Of a DNA stretch of 61,341 bases, positions 37,936 to 49,277 are shown in pieces. Each line of letters opens with the position of its first letter. Position 1 is the first letter of the stretch. The translations under genes and the position numbers were made by a program. The stretch is from Candidatus Sumerlaeaceae bacterium (GTDB lineage Bacteria > Sumerlaeota > Sumerlaeia > Sumerlaeales > Sumerlaeaceae). The notes beneath the pieces were generated by a model. It saw nothing but the letters and a program-made list of their open reading frames with translations, did not search any database and was not told where the DNA came from. The stretch is from the NCBI GenBank assembly GCA_051003195.1, contig JBPCLP010000022.1, positions 1-61,341 on the forward strand, given 5' to 3'.

Positions 37936-38748
37936 TTAAGGGGAGACTCTGACCTCGACCATTCCCTCGGCGCTTACCCGGACCGGGAAAACTTTGATCG
38001 GCACTTTGGCCGGTCCATTTTTTACCGCCCCTGTCCGCATATCGAAACAGGACCGGTGCCACGGGCACACGACCTCGGCATCGGCGTACGTTCCCGCGGA
38101 TAGCGGGCCGTGGCGATGCGTGCAGAACTCCTGGAATGCGAACCAGTCGCCGCCTTGCCTCACCACGACCAGGAGCGTGCCATCAATTTCCACGCGGCGG
38201 CTTTCGCCATCTCCAATCTCATCCATTGGGCAAACGCTCGTGAAATCCGTCGCTCCCTTTTCAACTACAATCGTTTCGTCCGGCAGTTCGGTCTTCCTGC
38301 GGTGGCGTCCCACCGCGACTCCATGGCTGTAGACCATCTCCCCGCCCAGGTATCCCGAGTACATCAACGTGGTAATTGCGATGCATGAGAAGAGAAAGGA
38401 GATGATCGAGATGCCTTCTTCGTTGTACCGGATCAGAACAGAGCCGGCGTAGATTCCCAGCACGACGGTGTTGAGCATCGCATGCTGCGTCGCAAGGCGC
38501 TTCACTTCAGAGTCGCGCCGGATCGATGTAAAGTCCGCCAAACCGAACAGCGCTGCCAGTGCACCGGTGATCAGCCCAATGATCAACAATCCAAACGAGA
38601 GGCGCGCGGCGATACCGCCTGGGTCATGGACCATGGCGACAAGATCGCATAGGAAGCTAAGCAGGAAAGCAGCGATGGGGAAGTGTATAAGCAGCGGATG
38701 AATCGGGTGGCCGACACCGCGACCCTGCATCAGGTGGCGTAGGTTCAT
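37936..38748 (-). CDS. DUF2231 membrane domain fused to a Rieske [2Fe-2S] domain
   Basis: GHPIHPLLIHFPI..H..LN..GYLGGEMVY..G; CTHRHGPL...CPWHRSCFD. Confidence 0.9.
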   Translation of the reverse strand: MNLRHLMQGRGVGHPIHPLLIHFPIAAFLLSFLCDLVAMVHDPGGIAARLSFGLLIIGLITGALAALFGLADFTSIRRDSEVKRLATQHAMLNTVVLGIYAGSVLIRYNEEGISIISFLFSCIAITTLMYSGYLGGEMVYSHGVAVGRHRRKTELPDETIVVEKGATDFTSVCPMDEIGDGESRRVEIDGTLLVVVRQGGDWFAFQEFCTHRHGPLSAGTYADAEVVCPWHRSCFDMRTGAVKNGPAKVPIKVFPVRVSAEGMVEVRVSP

Positions 38749-39275
38749 GCGCCTTCCTCCTCCCCAGGAACGTTATTGCCCGCGGCAGCAGCAATCTGTC
38801 TGAGACGTTTTTTGGAATAACGGGCTACTCCAATCCCGTGATTGTACACCATTCGACCTCCGAGGTACGCTGCCGAACATGTAGCGATGAGTGCCACGCC
38901 TGAGCAGATGATCGCTGCGACAGGCGTCGTGGACAGCTGGCCGTTGCGCGCTGGAAGATGGAGCGCCAGGCTTGCGATCCAGAACAGCGTTCCAGTTGCG
39001 TTCAGAACCATGTGCTGGATGCCAATCTTGCGCGCAGGCTTGCCCGGCTTAATCTCACTAAAGTCGGCCAGGCCGGTGGCGACTGCGACCAGCGCTCCGG
39101 CGAGGCCGACCAGCAATGCGTAAAAACTGCCGGTGACTGCGACGGTGCTACCACCCGCGGCGTGGCTGTAACCATCGAGCAGCAGCGAGATGGGCCAGAG
39201 CCCAAGCGGAAGGCTAATGACGACCGGATGCAGGGGGTGCTTCAACCACGCACCCTGCAGGAGTTCTTTCAGCAT
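38745..39275 (-). CDS. DUF2231 membrane protein
   Basis: HPLHP...LPLG; TGLADF; H..LN; YLGGRMVY.HG; start MLKELL. Confidence 0.85.
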   Translation of the reverse strand: MLKELLQGAWLKHPLHPVVISLPLGLWPISLLLDGYSHAAGGSTVAVTGSFYALLVGLAGALVAVATGLADFSEIKPGKPARKIGIQHMVLNATGTLFWIASLALHLPARNGQLSTTPVAAIICSGVALIATCSAAYLGGRMVYNHGIGVARYSKKRLRQIAAAAGNNVPGEEEGA

Positions 39276-39350
39276 GTTAAGTTCTCCACATATTACGCTG
39301 GCGCGATAGGGCAGCAAGTTAGACGCCAGTTCGGGGTTTGTGACCGTGTT

Positions 39351-41021
39351 TTATCGGGGTTCATCTGCATCTTCAGAACGTTTCAGAGTGGGAAGTGTGA
39401 CTTCCACTTGCGTGCCCGGACGCTGCAGATTTCCGAAAAACGGTGCATTGGCAATACGTAGTTCGGCGCCGCATGCGCGGGCGCGTTCACGCATGCCGAC
39501 AAAACCAAGGGAGCGCGGCGATGCTTTCGCGGAATCCGGAACACCAGTCCCATCATCCTGGAGTGAGATGAGCGGACGACCTTCCTTCATTCGGATTTCC
39601 AGAACGGCCGCGGTTGCGCTGGAATGCCTTGCAACGTTGGCAAACGCCTCCTGGAAAATACGGAACACCGCAAGTTTGCACTGCGGTTCGAGCGGGAGGT
39701 CGCTAAAATCCTTTCGGAAGGTGACCGGAATAGATGAGTCGTGAGCGAACTTTTCTGCAAGCCATTGGAGTGCCTCCGGGAGAGAGAGATCATTGATTAC
39801 GCCGGGGCGAAGTTCCGTCGCAATGCGCTGCACTGTCCCGATGGTCCCTTGTAGAATTTCTTCCATTTCATCGGCCTTCAGCCGCAGCGGTACGGCGTCG
39901 ACAGGTGCTTTTCGTCGAAGGGCAGCCAGGGCAAGCCCCAGACCAGTGAGCTGCTGGCCGAGCTGATCATGAATTTCGCGGGCAAGGTGCACGCGCTCTT
40001 CTTCACGCGCACCCTCGAGTTTTTGTGAGAGCGCACGCAGTTCATCGCTCATTCTTTGCGCACGTTCTTCGGCAATGCGCCGTGCTGTGACTGCTGCTCC
40101 AAGGCAGTAACTGCTTATCGAAATGACGAACATATAAGAATGTACCGTGAGAAGACCCTGGTTGAAATCTTCCTGGCGTGTGGTGAGGGCGCCTGCAGTT
40201 ATAGCAAAAAGACAGACGCCGGATATAAGCAGGGAGGCGACTGCCGCGCCGGTCTGTTCAAAGCGCAACGCGGCCCAGATCAACACCGGGAAAAGCGGAA
40301 AGGTGAATGGAACGAGAAGATCGTCTGCTATGACACTTCGGCTGAAAACGACCGCCCCCATTGCAGAAAGTGAAAGAAAGAGCAGAAATGCTTCCAGGCA
40401 CCGGCGAAGATTCCATTTACGCCAGGGCGCGCCTGCTAAATTGAGAACGAATGGCGCAAGTACGAGATCGCTTAAAAGGTCGCCGAACCACCAGTTTCCC
40501 CAAACACGCAGGAGTGGCGCGGGCAGTTCGATGCGACCGTAAGCCATGCAAAGAGTGCCGATACCCGCGCCGATCATGCAACTCAGGGCAGCAGCAGCCA
40601 CGAATACAAACACGTCTGCAACGGACCTGAAGTTCAGCCGGCGCCGTGCATAGTGCCGATAAATTGCAACTCCAACGACCGCCTCAAGCACCTTGCCTAA
40701 CGTGATTCCGACCGCGGGTAAGGCGGGATAGCCGACCGCAAGGCTGAGCAATAGATCTGCGATGGCGACGGCGGGCCAGTACCGCATACCGAACAAGGCA
40801 AGCCCTGAGAATGCGATGCCAGTTGCCGACCAGACGATTTGCGTACGGCCAAAGCCGAATGCCAGCAGCAGACCTCCCATGCCAATTGTAAAATAAACAC
40901 AGGCGAGTCCCACTGCCTTAGCAGCCGAAACTGTAAGTGGTTGAAGTTCCCGGCGCCCCTGCACAGCAGGCACCATTTCGCCCGCTGGCAGATCGCGAGT
41001 AAACAAGTCGCTCATTGCCAT
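39351..41021 (-). CDS. MASE1-domain HisKA_3 sensor histidine kinase
   Basis: W.ATGIA, WWFGDLL, IWAALRF; REEER..LAREIHDQLGQ.L; FRIFQEAFANVARHS; DDGTG; GMRERA. Confidence 0.92.
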   Translation of the reverse strand: MAMSDLFTRDLPAGEMVPAVQGRRELQPLTVSAAKAVGLACVYFTIGMGGLLLAFGFGRTQIVWSATGIAFSGLALFGMRYWPAVAIADLLLSLAVGYPALPAVGITLGKVLEAVVGVAIYRHYARRRLNFRSVADVFVFVAAAALSCMIGAGIGTLCMAYGRIELPAPLLRVWGNWWFGDLLSDLVLAPFVLNLAGAPWRKWNLRRCLEAFLLFLSLSAMGAVVFSRSVIADDLLVPFTFPLFPVLIWAALRFEQTGAAVASLLISGVCLFAITAGALTTRQEDFNQGLLTVHSYMFVISISSYCLGAAVTARRIAEERAQRMSDELRALSQKLEGAREEERVHLAREIHDQLGQQLTGLGLALAALRRKAPVDAVPLRLKADEMEEILQGTIGTVQRIATELRPGVINDLSLPEALQWLAEKFAHDSSIPVTFRKDFSDLPLEPQCKLAVFRIFQEAFANVARHSSATAAVLEIRMKEGRPLISLQDDGTGVPDSAKASPRSLGFVGMRERARACGAELRIANAPFFGNLQRPGTQVEVTLPTLKRSEDADEPR

Positions 41022-41109
41022 CCTACCAGTTCCACAAACGCATGGTAGCGGTAACCTGTAAATGGCACAAGTTAAATTCGGGCCTCAGCCCACAGCGTGC
41101 TGTGTTCGT

Positions 41110-42480
<1,371 letters not shown>

Positions 42481-42493
42481 TCATTGTCCTTAT

Positions 42494-42551
42494 CCACGAA
42501 TTGCACGAATCCACACGATTTCGGATTAGTGAATTCGTGTGTCTCGTGGAT
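42494..42551. repeat. Palindromic intergenic repeat (CCACGAATTGCACGAAT...ATTCGTG..TCGTGG); half copy at ~36640-36668
   Basis: Imperfect inverted repeat between aceE and aceF. Confidence 0.7.
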
Positions 42552-42555
42552 TCCA

Positions 42556-45318
42556 CTAACGGTAGACCGCAAACTCCTGGTCAGGGTCGATGCCAAGCGT
42601 TTTAATCGCCTTGTCGATCACCGCGGGCTTAACATGCCCCAGGGTGCACAGCTGGTTCAATACGGCGAGGACGGTGTGCTCGGCGTCGGTTTCAAAAAAG
42701 TTCCGGAGCTCCGCACGGGATTCACTGCGGCCAAAACCGTCGGTGCCCAGCGTAAAGAGGCCGCCCGGTACCCACCGATCGATCTGCTGTGGCACGATGC
42801 GCATCCACTCGCTGACGGCGATGAATGGCCCTTGTTCTTTTTCAAGCAGCGTCGCGAGGTAGCTTTTCTTTTTCTTCTTCGCTGTGGGATGCAGCACGTT
42901 CCAACGCTCGCATTCGATACAATCCTGGCGTAGATTCTTGTAGCTGGTTGCGCTCCATACATCCGCGTCCACGTCGTAATCGCGAGCAAGAATCTCCTGT
43001 GCTTTCAGCGCGGCATTGATTGCGGAATAATCACCGAAGATATGTGCCTTCAGCTTCGCTTTGCCTGAGCCTGGCCGGAACTTATAGAGTCCCTTGAGCA
43101 CGCCTTCCTCCACACCTTCGGGCATGGGAAACTGCTCATAGTTCTCATTACCAAGCGTGAGGTAATAGAAGACATCCTCCTGCTTTTCGAACATGCGCTT
43201 CATGCCATCCTGGATGATGAGTGCAATCTCGAACCCATAGGCGGGATGGTAAACCATGCAGTTGGGAATTGCTGACATGAGAATGGGCGTGTGGCCGTCC
43301 TGGTGCTGAAGCCCTTCGCCGTTGAGGGTAGTGCGGCCAGCGGTCGCGCCAAGCAAAAATCCACGTGCGCGGATGTCGCCGGCAAGCCACATCAAGTCTC
43401 CCACGCGCTGATACCCGAACATCGAGTAGTAGATGTAGAACGGCATCATCTGCACGCCATGGGAGGAGTAGGCGGTACCTGCAGCGATGAAGCTGCTCAT
43501 CGCGCCTGCTTCATTGATGCCTTCCTCCAGAATCTGTCCGTCGGTCTTTTCCTTATAATAGGCGGTATATTTTTTATCAACCGGTTCATAAAGCTGGCCG
43601 ACGTGGGAGTATATCCCGACGTCCCCAAACAGACCTTCCATGCCGAAGGTACGCGCTTCATCGGGGATGATAGGAACTACGTATTTGCCGAACGCCTTGT
43701 CTTTCAGAATGGCTGGAAAAATCGCATTTGCGAAGGCCATGGTGGTTGATGCCGGCTTTGGTCCTCCGCCTTGCAGGAACTTTGAGAAATATTCCCGGTC
43801 GGGCATCTTAAGCGGTTCGGCTTTCGACACACGTGCAGGAACGTTGCCGCCCAAAGCTTTGCGGCGTTCAGCGATGTAATTCTCCTCCGGGCTGCCCTTT
43901 GGGAAACGGTAGAAGGGAAGATCGTCGATCTCGTCGTCGGGTACGGGAATGTGGAAGCGGTCGCGGAAAGTGCGAAGCTCTTGTTTCTGTACCTTGTCGT
44001 CCCAGCCCTTCTGGTTGTGCGCTGTATTGCGACCCTCGCCGGTCTCACCAAGCCCGTAACCTTTGACCGTCTTTGCCAGGATCACCGTCGGCTGACCCTT
44101 ATGCTGGACCGCCGCGTCGTATGCTGTAAAGACTTTGTGCGGATCGAGGCCGCCGCGCTTGAGGTGCTTAATGTCGTCATCCGAAAGATGCTCAACCATC
44201 TTGCGTAACTCGGGATACTTACCGAAGAAATGTTCGCGGTTATATGCGCCACCCTCGACGGAAAACTTCTGGTACGCACCGTCGACCACTTCCATCATCC
44301 GCTTTTTAAGGATACCATAATCATCGCTGGCGAGGAGCGGATCCCAGTTGGAGCCCCAGACTACTTTAATTACATTCCATCCGGCGCCGCGGAAAATAGC
44401 TTCGAGCTCCTGGATAATTTTGCCGTTACCGCGGACGGGCCCGTCCAGGCGCTGCAGGTTGCAGTTAATGACCCATGTTAAATTGTCGAGTTTTTCGCGG
44501 CTGGCGAGCGTGATAGCGCCCAACGATTCGGGCTCGTCTGTTTCTCCATCACCAAGAAAGGCCCACACGCGGGCGTCGCTGGCATTTACCAGCCCGCGAT
44601 CGACAAGGTAGCGGTTAAAGCGCGCCTGGTAAATCGACAAAATTGGCCCAAGCCCCATCGACACCGTGGGAAACTGCCAGAAATCTGGCATCAGCCAGGG
44701 GTGGGGATAGGAAGACAATCCACCTTCGTCGGCCAGCTCGCGCCGGAAGTTGTGGAGCTTCTTCGCCGGGATTCGACCTTCGACATAAGCCCGGCTATAG
44801 ATGCCCGGTGAGGCATGACCCTGGAAGAAAATCTGGTCGCCGATAAAGTTATCCGTGCGCCCGCGGAAGAAGTGATTGAAGGCTACTTCATAGAGCGTGG
44901 CAGAGCTGGCATAGGTGGAGATGTGGCCACCGATACCTTCGATTTTGTTGCCGTTCTCATCCTTGCGAGTGTTGGCCTTGACGACCATCGCCATGGCGTT
45001 CCATCGCACGACGCTCTTGATGCGGCGCTCCAGCTCACGATCTCCAGGATATTCGGGCTCAAGGTACGCAGGGATGGTGTTCACGTAAGGAGTGTTTGCC
45101 GTGAACGGCACCTGCACGCCAGAGATGCGCGCCGCCTCAATTAAGTCTTCGAGAAGATCGCGTGCGCGGTCGGGGCCTTGCTCGGCCAGCACGTATTCCA
45201 GCGCCTCGATCCATTCGCGGGTCTCAAGTTCGCTCGCCCGGTCATCCGTGGGGTTCGCGTTGGGAGGTGCTACGTCGCTTTCGTCTGCCGCAGGCGCGGC
45301 CATATCAATAATTGGCAT
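42556..45318 (-). CDS. aceE: Pyruvate dehydrogenase E1, homodimeric type
   Basis: GGHISTYAS, FPTVSMGLGP, GDGETDEPES, NLQRLDGPVRGN, GRTTLNGEGLQHQDG. Confidence 0.98.
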   Translation of the reverse strand: MPIIDMAAPAADESDVAPPNANPTDDRASELETREWIEALEYVLAEQGPDRARDLLEDLIEAARISGVQVPFTANTPYVNTIPAYLEPEYPGDRELERRIKSVVRWNAMAMVVKANTRKDENGNKIEGIGGHISTYASSATLYEVAFNHFFRGRTDNFIGDQIFFQGHASPGIYSRAYVEGRIPAKKLHNFRRELADEGGLSSYPHPWLMPDFWQFPTVSMGLGPILSIYQARFNRYLVDRGLVNASDARVWAFLGDGETDEPESLGAITLASREKLDNLTWVINCNLQRLDGPVRGNGKIIQELEAIFRGAGWNVIKVVWGSNWDPLLASDDYGILKKRMMEVVDGAYQKFSVEGGAYNREHFFGKYPELRKMVEHLSDDDIKHLKRGGLDPHKVFTAYDAAVQHKGQPTVILAKTVKGYGLGETGEGRNTAHNQKGWDDKVQKQELRTFRDRFHIPVPDDEIDDLPFYRFPKGSPEENYIAERRKALGGNVPARVSKAEPLKMPDREYFSKFLQGGGPKPASTTMAFANAIFPAILKDKAFGKYVVPIIPDEARTFGMEGLFGDVGIYSHVGQLYEPVDKKYTAYYKEKTDGQILEEGINEAGAMSSFIAAGTAYSSHGVQMMPFYIYYSMFGYQRVGDLMWLAGDIRARGFLLGATAGRTTLNGEGLQHQDGHTPILMSAIPNCMVYHPAYGFEIALIIQDGMKRMFEKQEDVFYYLTLGNENYEQFPMPEGVEEGVLKGLYKFRPGSGKAKLKAHIFGDYSAINAALKAQEILARDYDVDADVWSATSYKNLRQDCIECERWNVLHPTAKKKKKSYLATLLEKEQGPFIAVSEWMRIVPQQIDRWVPGGLFTLGTDGFGRSESRAELRNFFETDAEHTVLAVLNQLCTLGHVKPAVIDKAIKTLGIDPDQEFAVYR

Positions 45319-45488
45319 CGAAACTACTGTTACGTCCGGCGCGGGAAATCTTCACAAGCAAAATTGTAAGGGGTCGCAATGTTGTCCGAAGATCGCGCCA
45401 TTGACCAATTCCAAAGCTCCTCTCCCCACCAGCCCTCCGCGGGGCGCACATTCCTGCCGGCTCGTTCATAGAAAAGGCATCCGCACAG

Positions 45489-45804
45489 TTAACGGCCCTT
45501 TTTTTTAGTGTCGCGGAGACGCTTGGCCCAGTATCCCGGCCCTCGCCTTAGATGCATGACGGCAACTATGTAGACCTTTTCCTCGTCATTGATGTAAATG
45601 AGTCCAAACGGAAAATCAGACACCAAGCATCTGCGATAATTGCCGCGTAGCCGTCTCCAGAACGAGGGTTTGCGCCCGATCTCCTTTGCTGCGGCATTTA
45701 CTGCCAGCCGAAACTTTTCTCCAAGACCTGCTTTGGCGGTCTCGTAAAACTGCACAGCATCGAGGAAGTTCATCCAGTGCCTCTGGCACAAAGACAACCT
45801 TCAC
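45489..45804 (-). pseudogene. ParE/RelE-family toxin with a frameshift near codon 13
   Basis: MKVVFVPEALDE in one frame continues as FLDAVQFYE..GLG.KF...RR.L...FPFGLIY....IVAVMH.RR.P.YW in another; a sequencing error is possible. Confidence 0.8.
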
Positions 45805-46034
45805 CTAGTGATTACTTTACGCGCCTGTCTCATTGCGCTCGCGAGCGAGGTGACTTTCCCTTCGCCGAGCTTTATGGCTTCAAACCGGCGCTCAGCCTCC
45901 TCGACCCATGCTTCTTCGAACTTAGTAAGCTTGGTCTCGCCCGCACTTTCAAGAAGTCGCCGGGCAATGGCCTCGCGCTCAGTTGCGGGAAGTTTGCTCG
46001 CCCGCTTCACCAGGTTTGTCAGTTGTGCGTCCAT
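45801..46034 (-). CDS. Addiction-module antitoxin component
   Basis: LPATER..IARRLLES.....EEAWVEEAERR......G; overlaps the toxin start. Confidence 0.85.
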   Translation of the reverse strand: MDAQLTNLVKRASKLPATEREAIARRLLESAGETKLTKFEEAWVEEAERRFEAIKLGEGKVTSLASAMRQARKVITR

Positions 46035-46078
46035 ACGAGTCTTAGGTCCCGTCTATACCATGCTAACCAACGCCTGTT

Positions 46079-49000
46079 CTATTCGGCCGCAGTCACGCCT
46101 TTTAACGCCTTCCAGATTCTTTCTGCGGTTGCCGGACATTCTGGAAGCGGAATGCCGAGAGCATCGCTGATTGCGTTGAGGATGGCGGGCGTGGTACCTA
46201 TAAGCGGAGGTTCGCCAATGCCACGCGCGCCAAAGGGGCCGCCCGGGTCGTCGTGCTCCAGGATAACCGCTTCGATGAAGGGCAGGTCTTTGCAACTGGG
46301 GAGGATGTAGTCGGTGAACCCCGGATTGAGCATTTTACCCTCCTGGCTCATCAACACCTCTTCCATTAACGCCATGCCGATACCCTGCGTCACACCGCCC
46401 TGGATCTGCCCCTCCACCTGCTGCGGGTTGATCGCACGGCCGACGTCATGACATGCGACGTAGCGCTCCACCTTTACCTGGCCGGTTTCGGTATCGACAA
46501 GTATCTCCGCGATATGGCTGCCGAACAGGTACGTGATAAAGGCTCGGGGTGAAAGACCGGTCGCAGGGTTTTCTTCGACCGTGCGTGGCTTGAAGAGCGC
46601 ATGCGCTTCCAGGGGAATCTTTCGCCGACGTCCTTCCGCTAAAACTTCCGTCAGCGGAACCGAGTTGGAAGGATTCGCGGCTTCGAACATGATGCCATTT
46701 TCTACTTTCACTTCCAGCGGGTGCACGCCAAGGCGGTTCTCGGCGATATCGAGCAGATGCTCGCGAAGTTCGCTACATGCGATCTTCACGGCCGAGCCGG
46801 TGAAGTAGGTCTGACGCGTAGCGGACGAGGAGCCCGACTCCGGCGTAAGCGCGGTGTCTGCGGCGATGACTTTGACACGCTCCATTGGCACGCCTACTTC
46901 TTCCGCGGCTACCTGCGCGATCATGTTCAGAAGTCCCTGGCCAACCTCCACGGCGCCTGAGTAAACCTCCAGCTCATCCTTCTCATTGAAGCACACGCGC
47001 GCGCGCGAAGCATCGGGAAACCCATCGCCGTAGCCCAGTCCAAAGCAGAAAACCGAAATGCCATAGCCGCGTTTCAGGTGCGGTGCGGGGGTATCGTAAG
47101 AGCGCGCATCCCAAATGGTCTTCGCCTGGTCGTAGGTTGCGACATGTTGTTCGAACGCAGCGACCGGGGTGGCGCAGGCGTCTCGCCTGCGGTTGACGGG
47201 TTGGGCTTCATCATCATGCGATCCAACCAGCGCCCTCGCAGTTGGAGCTTCGTAGAACCAGGCATACTGCTCGGCTGACGTTACAAGCCCCGCTTCGACC
47301 GGGTTGTCGCGTATGTAGTCTAGCTGCTTTATATATTCGGCTGCGTCCCTCAAGACGTGATCAAAGGACTCAATCTGCCAAACCGGGCCGCTTGAATTGT
47401 GGGCTTTGTTATACTCCTTAGATGTAAAGCTCTTAATAGAATGCATTATGCTCTTAAGGTTTTCGCCGGCAGCCAAAGTAAATATGGCGTGTGCATGATC
47501 GTGCATTACCACCGTCGAGCGCAGGAAGAGCCGCTTTTTGTCCCAATATCGGATTGCGGAGAGTACCATCGTGTGATCAACTGGTGAAAGTTGGACCTGC
47601 TGCCAGCAGCGAAAGGTTACAAAGTATGTCGCCATTCCCACTTCAACGTGGGGCAAATCGCGTTTGTGAAAGAATGTGTCAGGCTCCTTCCACGGGTTCA
47701 TGGGAATGAAGCCAGGGTCTATGGGAGGTGTTGCGGTGGGGGAGGTGGTCGGTGGACTTGTGCGTTGGTCTGCGTCAACCGCAGGCGAGACGCCTGCGCC
47801 ACTGGCGAGTTGGTCTGCGTCGACCGCAGGCGAGACGCCTGCGCCACTTTTGCGGCCTTTGGCCCACTGCACGAGTGCCGCTTCGATACATTCTTTGGCA
47901 GTAACGAGCGGAATGACTTGCGTGGTGGTCACAGCTTCGCCGCTGACGAGAAGGTTCTTCAAGCGGAGCTCGATTCGATCCATGCCCAGTCTAACGGCGA
48001 GCCGATCCAGCATCCCCTCGTAAGCGATTGCCATCTGGGCAGCGCCAAAACCCCGCATTGCGCCGGTGGGATTGTTGTTGGTGTGGACGCCGTAAACATC
48101 CACGCTGACGTTGGGGATGCGATAAGGCCCGGTGGAGTGACTACTGGCTTTGCGCATGACGGCGATGCCTGTGCTGGCATACGCGCCCTCGTCGCTCCAA
48201 ACAGTAATTTTCGCCGCGCACAGGGTTCCATCGGATCTGGCGCCAAGCTGGTACTGGCAGCGGATGGCGTGGCGCTTGTGACGCGCTATCATACTCTCGG
48301 AGCGCGTGTAGCGGAGGTAGATTTTATTGCCCGGGTTTTTCAGTGCGCAGATACCGAGGTACATCTGTATGGAGATGTCTTCGCGACCGCCGAATGCCCC
48401 ACCGGTTGCAGGCTGGATGATGCGCACCTTTTCAATGGGTAGTCCCAGCGCCAGCGCACACAGGCGCCGCTCCTCGTGCACCCACTGGCCGCTGACCTGC
48501 AGCGTCAGCGTGTCGCCATCGTATTCTCCGCAGCCAGCCTCGACATCCAGAAACGCATGGTCAACGGTCTGTGTCTGGAACGTCTCTTCGATCACTACGT
48601 CACACTCACTCGCAAGCGCACGTTCAGCGTTGCCTTTTCGGATGCGCTTGCCGCCCATCAGGTTGCCATACTCGTGAATGCGGGGTGCATCGGGAGCGAG
48701 TGCCTCGTCGATCGTGTGAAGCGCCGGCAGCGGCTCGTACTCGACCTTGATTTTAGTCAAGCCGTCCTTCGCCGCCTGCTCCGTCTCTGCCAGTACAACA
48801 GCAAGTGCGTCGCCCATAAATCGCACTTGTTTGTGCGCGAGGACCTCCTGGTCGCGCGCGATCAGGCCAGTTTTGTTGGTGCCCTTTACATCAGCCGCGG
48901 TATAGACGCCGATGATACCCGGGGCTGTCTGCGCTTCCGTTGTGTCCAGGCTCAGCACATTGGCAAATGCGTATCGGCTGCGCAGCACCTTCGCGTGCAG

Positions 49001-49096
49001 CATTCCTTTTTGGTATAGATCGCCGCCGTACGGAGTCTCCCCCGTGACTTTCCCGTGGGCGTCGATGCGAAGTAGTGATTGTCCGACTGTGGCCAT
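46079..49096 (-). CDS. Xanthine dehydrogenase/aldehyde oxidoreductase-family molybdopterin subunit carrying an in-frame RAYT insertion
   Basis: RIDA.GKVTG..Y; GGAFGGR; AMRGFG; EVGQG; DVGRAINP..VEGQIQGG; GIGEP; likely start MATVG. Confidence 0.93.
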   Translation of the reverse strand: MATVGQSLLRIDAHGKVTGETPYGGDLYQKGMLHAKVLRSRYAFANVLSLDTTEAQTAPGIIGVYTAADVKGTNKTGLIARDQEVLAHKQVRFMGDALAVVLAETEQAAKDGLTKIKVEYEPLPALHTIDEALAPDAPRIHEYGNLMGGKRIRKGNAERALASECDVVIEETFQTQTVDHAFLDVEAGCGEYDGDTLTLQVSGQWVHEERRLCALALGLPIEKVRIIQPATGGAFGGREDISIQMYLGICALKNPGNKIYLRYTRSESMIARHKRHAIRCQYQLGARSDGTLCAAKITVWSDEGAYASTGIAVMRKASSHSTGPYRIPNVSVDVYGVHTNNNPTGAMRGFGAAQMAIAYEGMLDRLAVRLGMDRIELRLKNLLVSGEAVTTTQVIPLVTAKECIEAALVQWAKGRKSGAGVSPAVDADQLASGAGVSPAVDADQRTSPPTTSPTATPPIDPGFIPMNPWKEPDTFFHKRDLPHVEVGMATYFVTFRCWQQVQLSPVDHTMVLSAIRYWDKKRLFLRSTVVMHDHAHAIFTLAAGENLKSIMHSIKSFTSKEYNKAHNSSGPVWQIESFDHVLRDAAEYIKQLDYIRDNPVEAGLVTSAEQYAWFYEAPTARALVGSHDDEAQPVNRRRDACATPVAAFEQHVATYDQAKTIWDARSYDTPAPHLKRGYGISVFCFGLGYGDGFPDASRARVCFNEKDELEVYSGAVEVGQGLLNMIAQVAAEEVGVPMERVKVIAADTALTPESGSSSATRQTYFTGSAVKIACSELREHLLDIAENRLGVHPLEVKVENGIMFEAANPSNSVPLTEVLAEGRRRKIPLEAHALFKPRTVEENPATGLSPRAFITYLFGSHIAEILVDTETGQVKVERYVACHDVGRAINPQQVEGQIQGGVTQGIGMALMEEVLMSQEGKMLNPGFTDYILPSCKDLPFIEAVILEHDDPGGPFGARGIGEPPLIGTTPAILNAISDALGIPLPECPATAERIWKALKGVTAAE
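47169..47848 (-). mobile_element. REP-flanked RAYT (Y1_Tnp) cassette, in frame within the host gene
   Basis: RDLPH....TYFVTFR, VVMHDHAH (HUH), SIKSFTS, WQ.ESFDHVLRD, YIRDNPV.AGLV; REP GTGGCGCAGGCGTCTCGCCTGCGG twice on one side (47778-47803, 47823-47848) and inverted on the other (47169-47198). Confidence 0.92.
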
Positions 49097-49277
49097 GCTC
49101 CCCGATCTTTCCTGACTATCGGTAGGATTGTGTAAGAGGAGCTCTAAGCTCACACGACTCATCAACCGCAATAAGCGATTTCATGGAAATGCCGGTTTAG
49201 CTTGTCATCCGATACCGGGCTGTTTTGCGCTTTGTGCGACCAGGAATGAAGTTCACCTCCAAACCGAGGGATATAGA

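Noticed and set aside
47169..47848. Intein interpretation of the in-frame insertion
   Set aside because: No intein-like N-terminal block and no His-Asn-Cys/Ser/Thr C-terminal junction; the ends are translated REP sequences.
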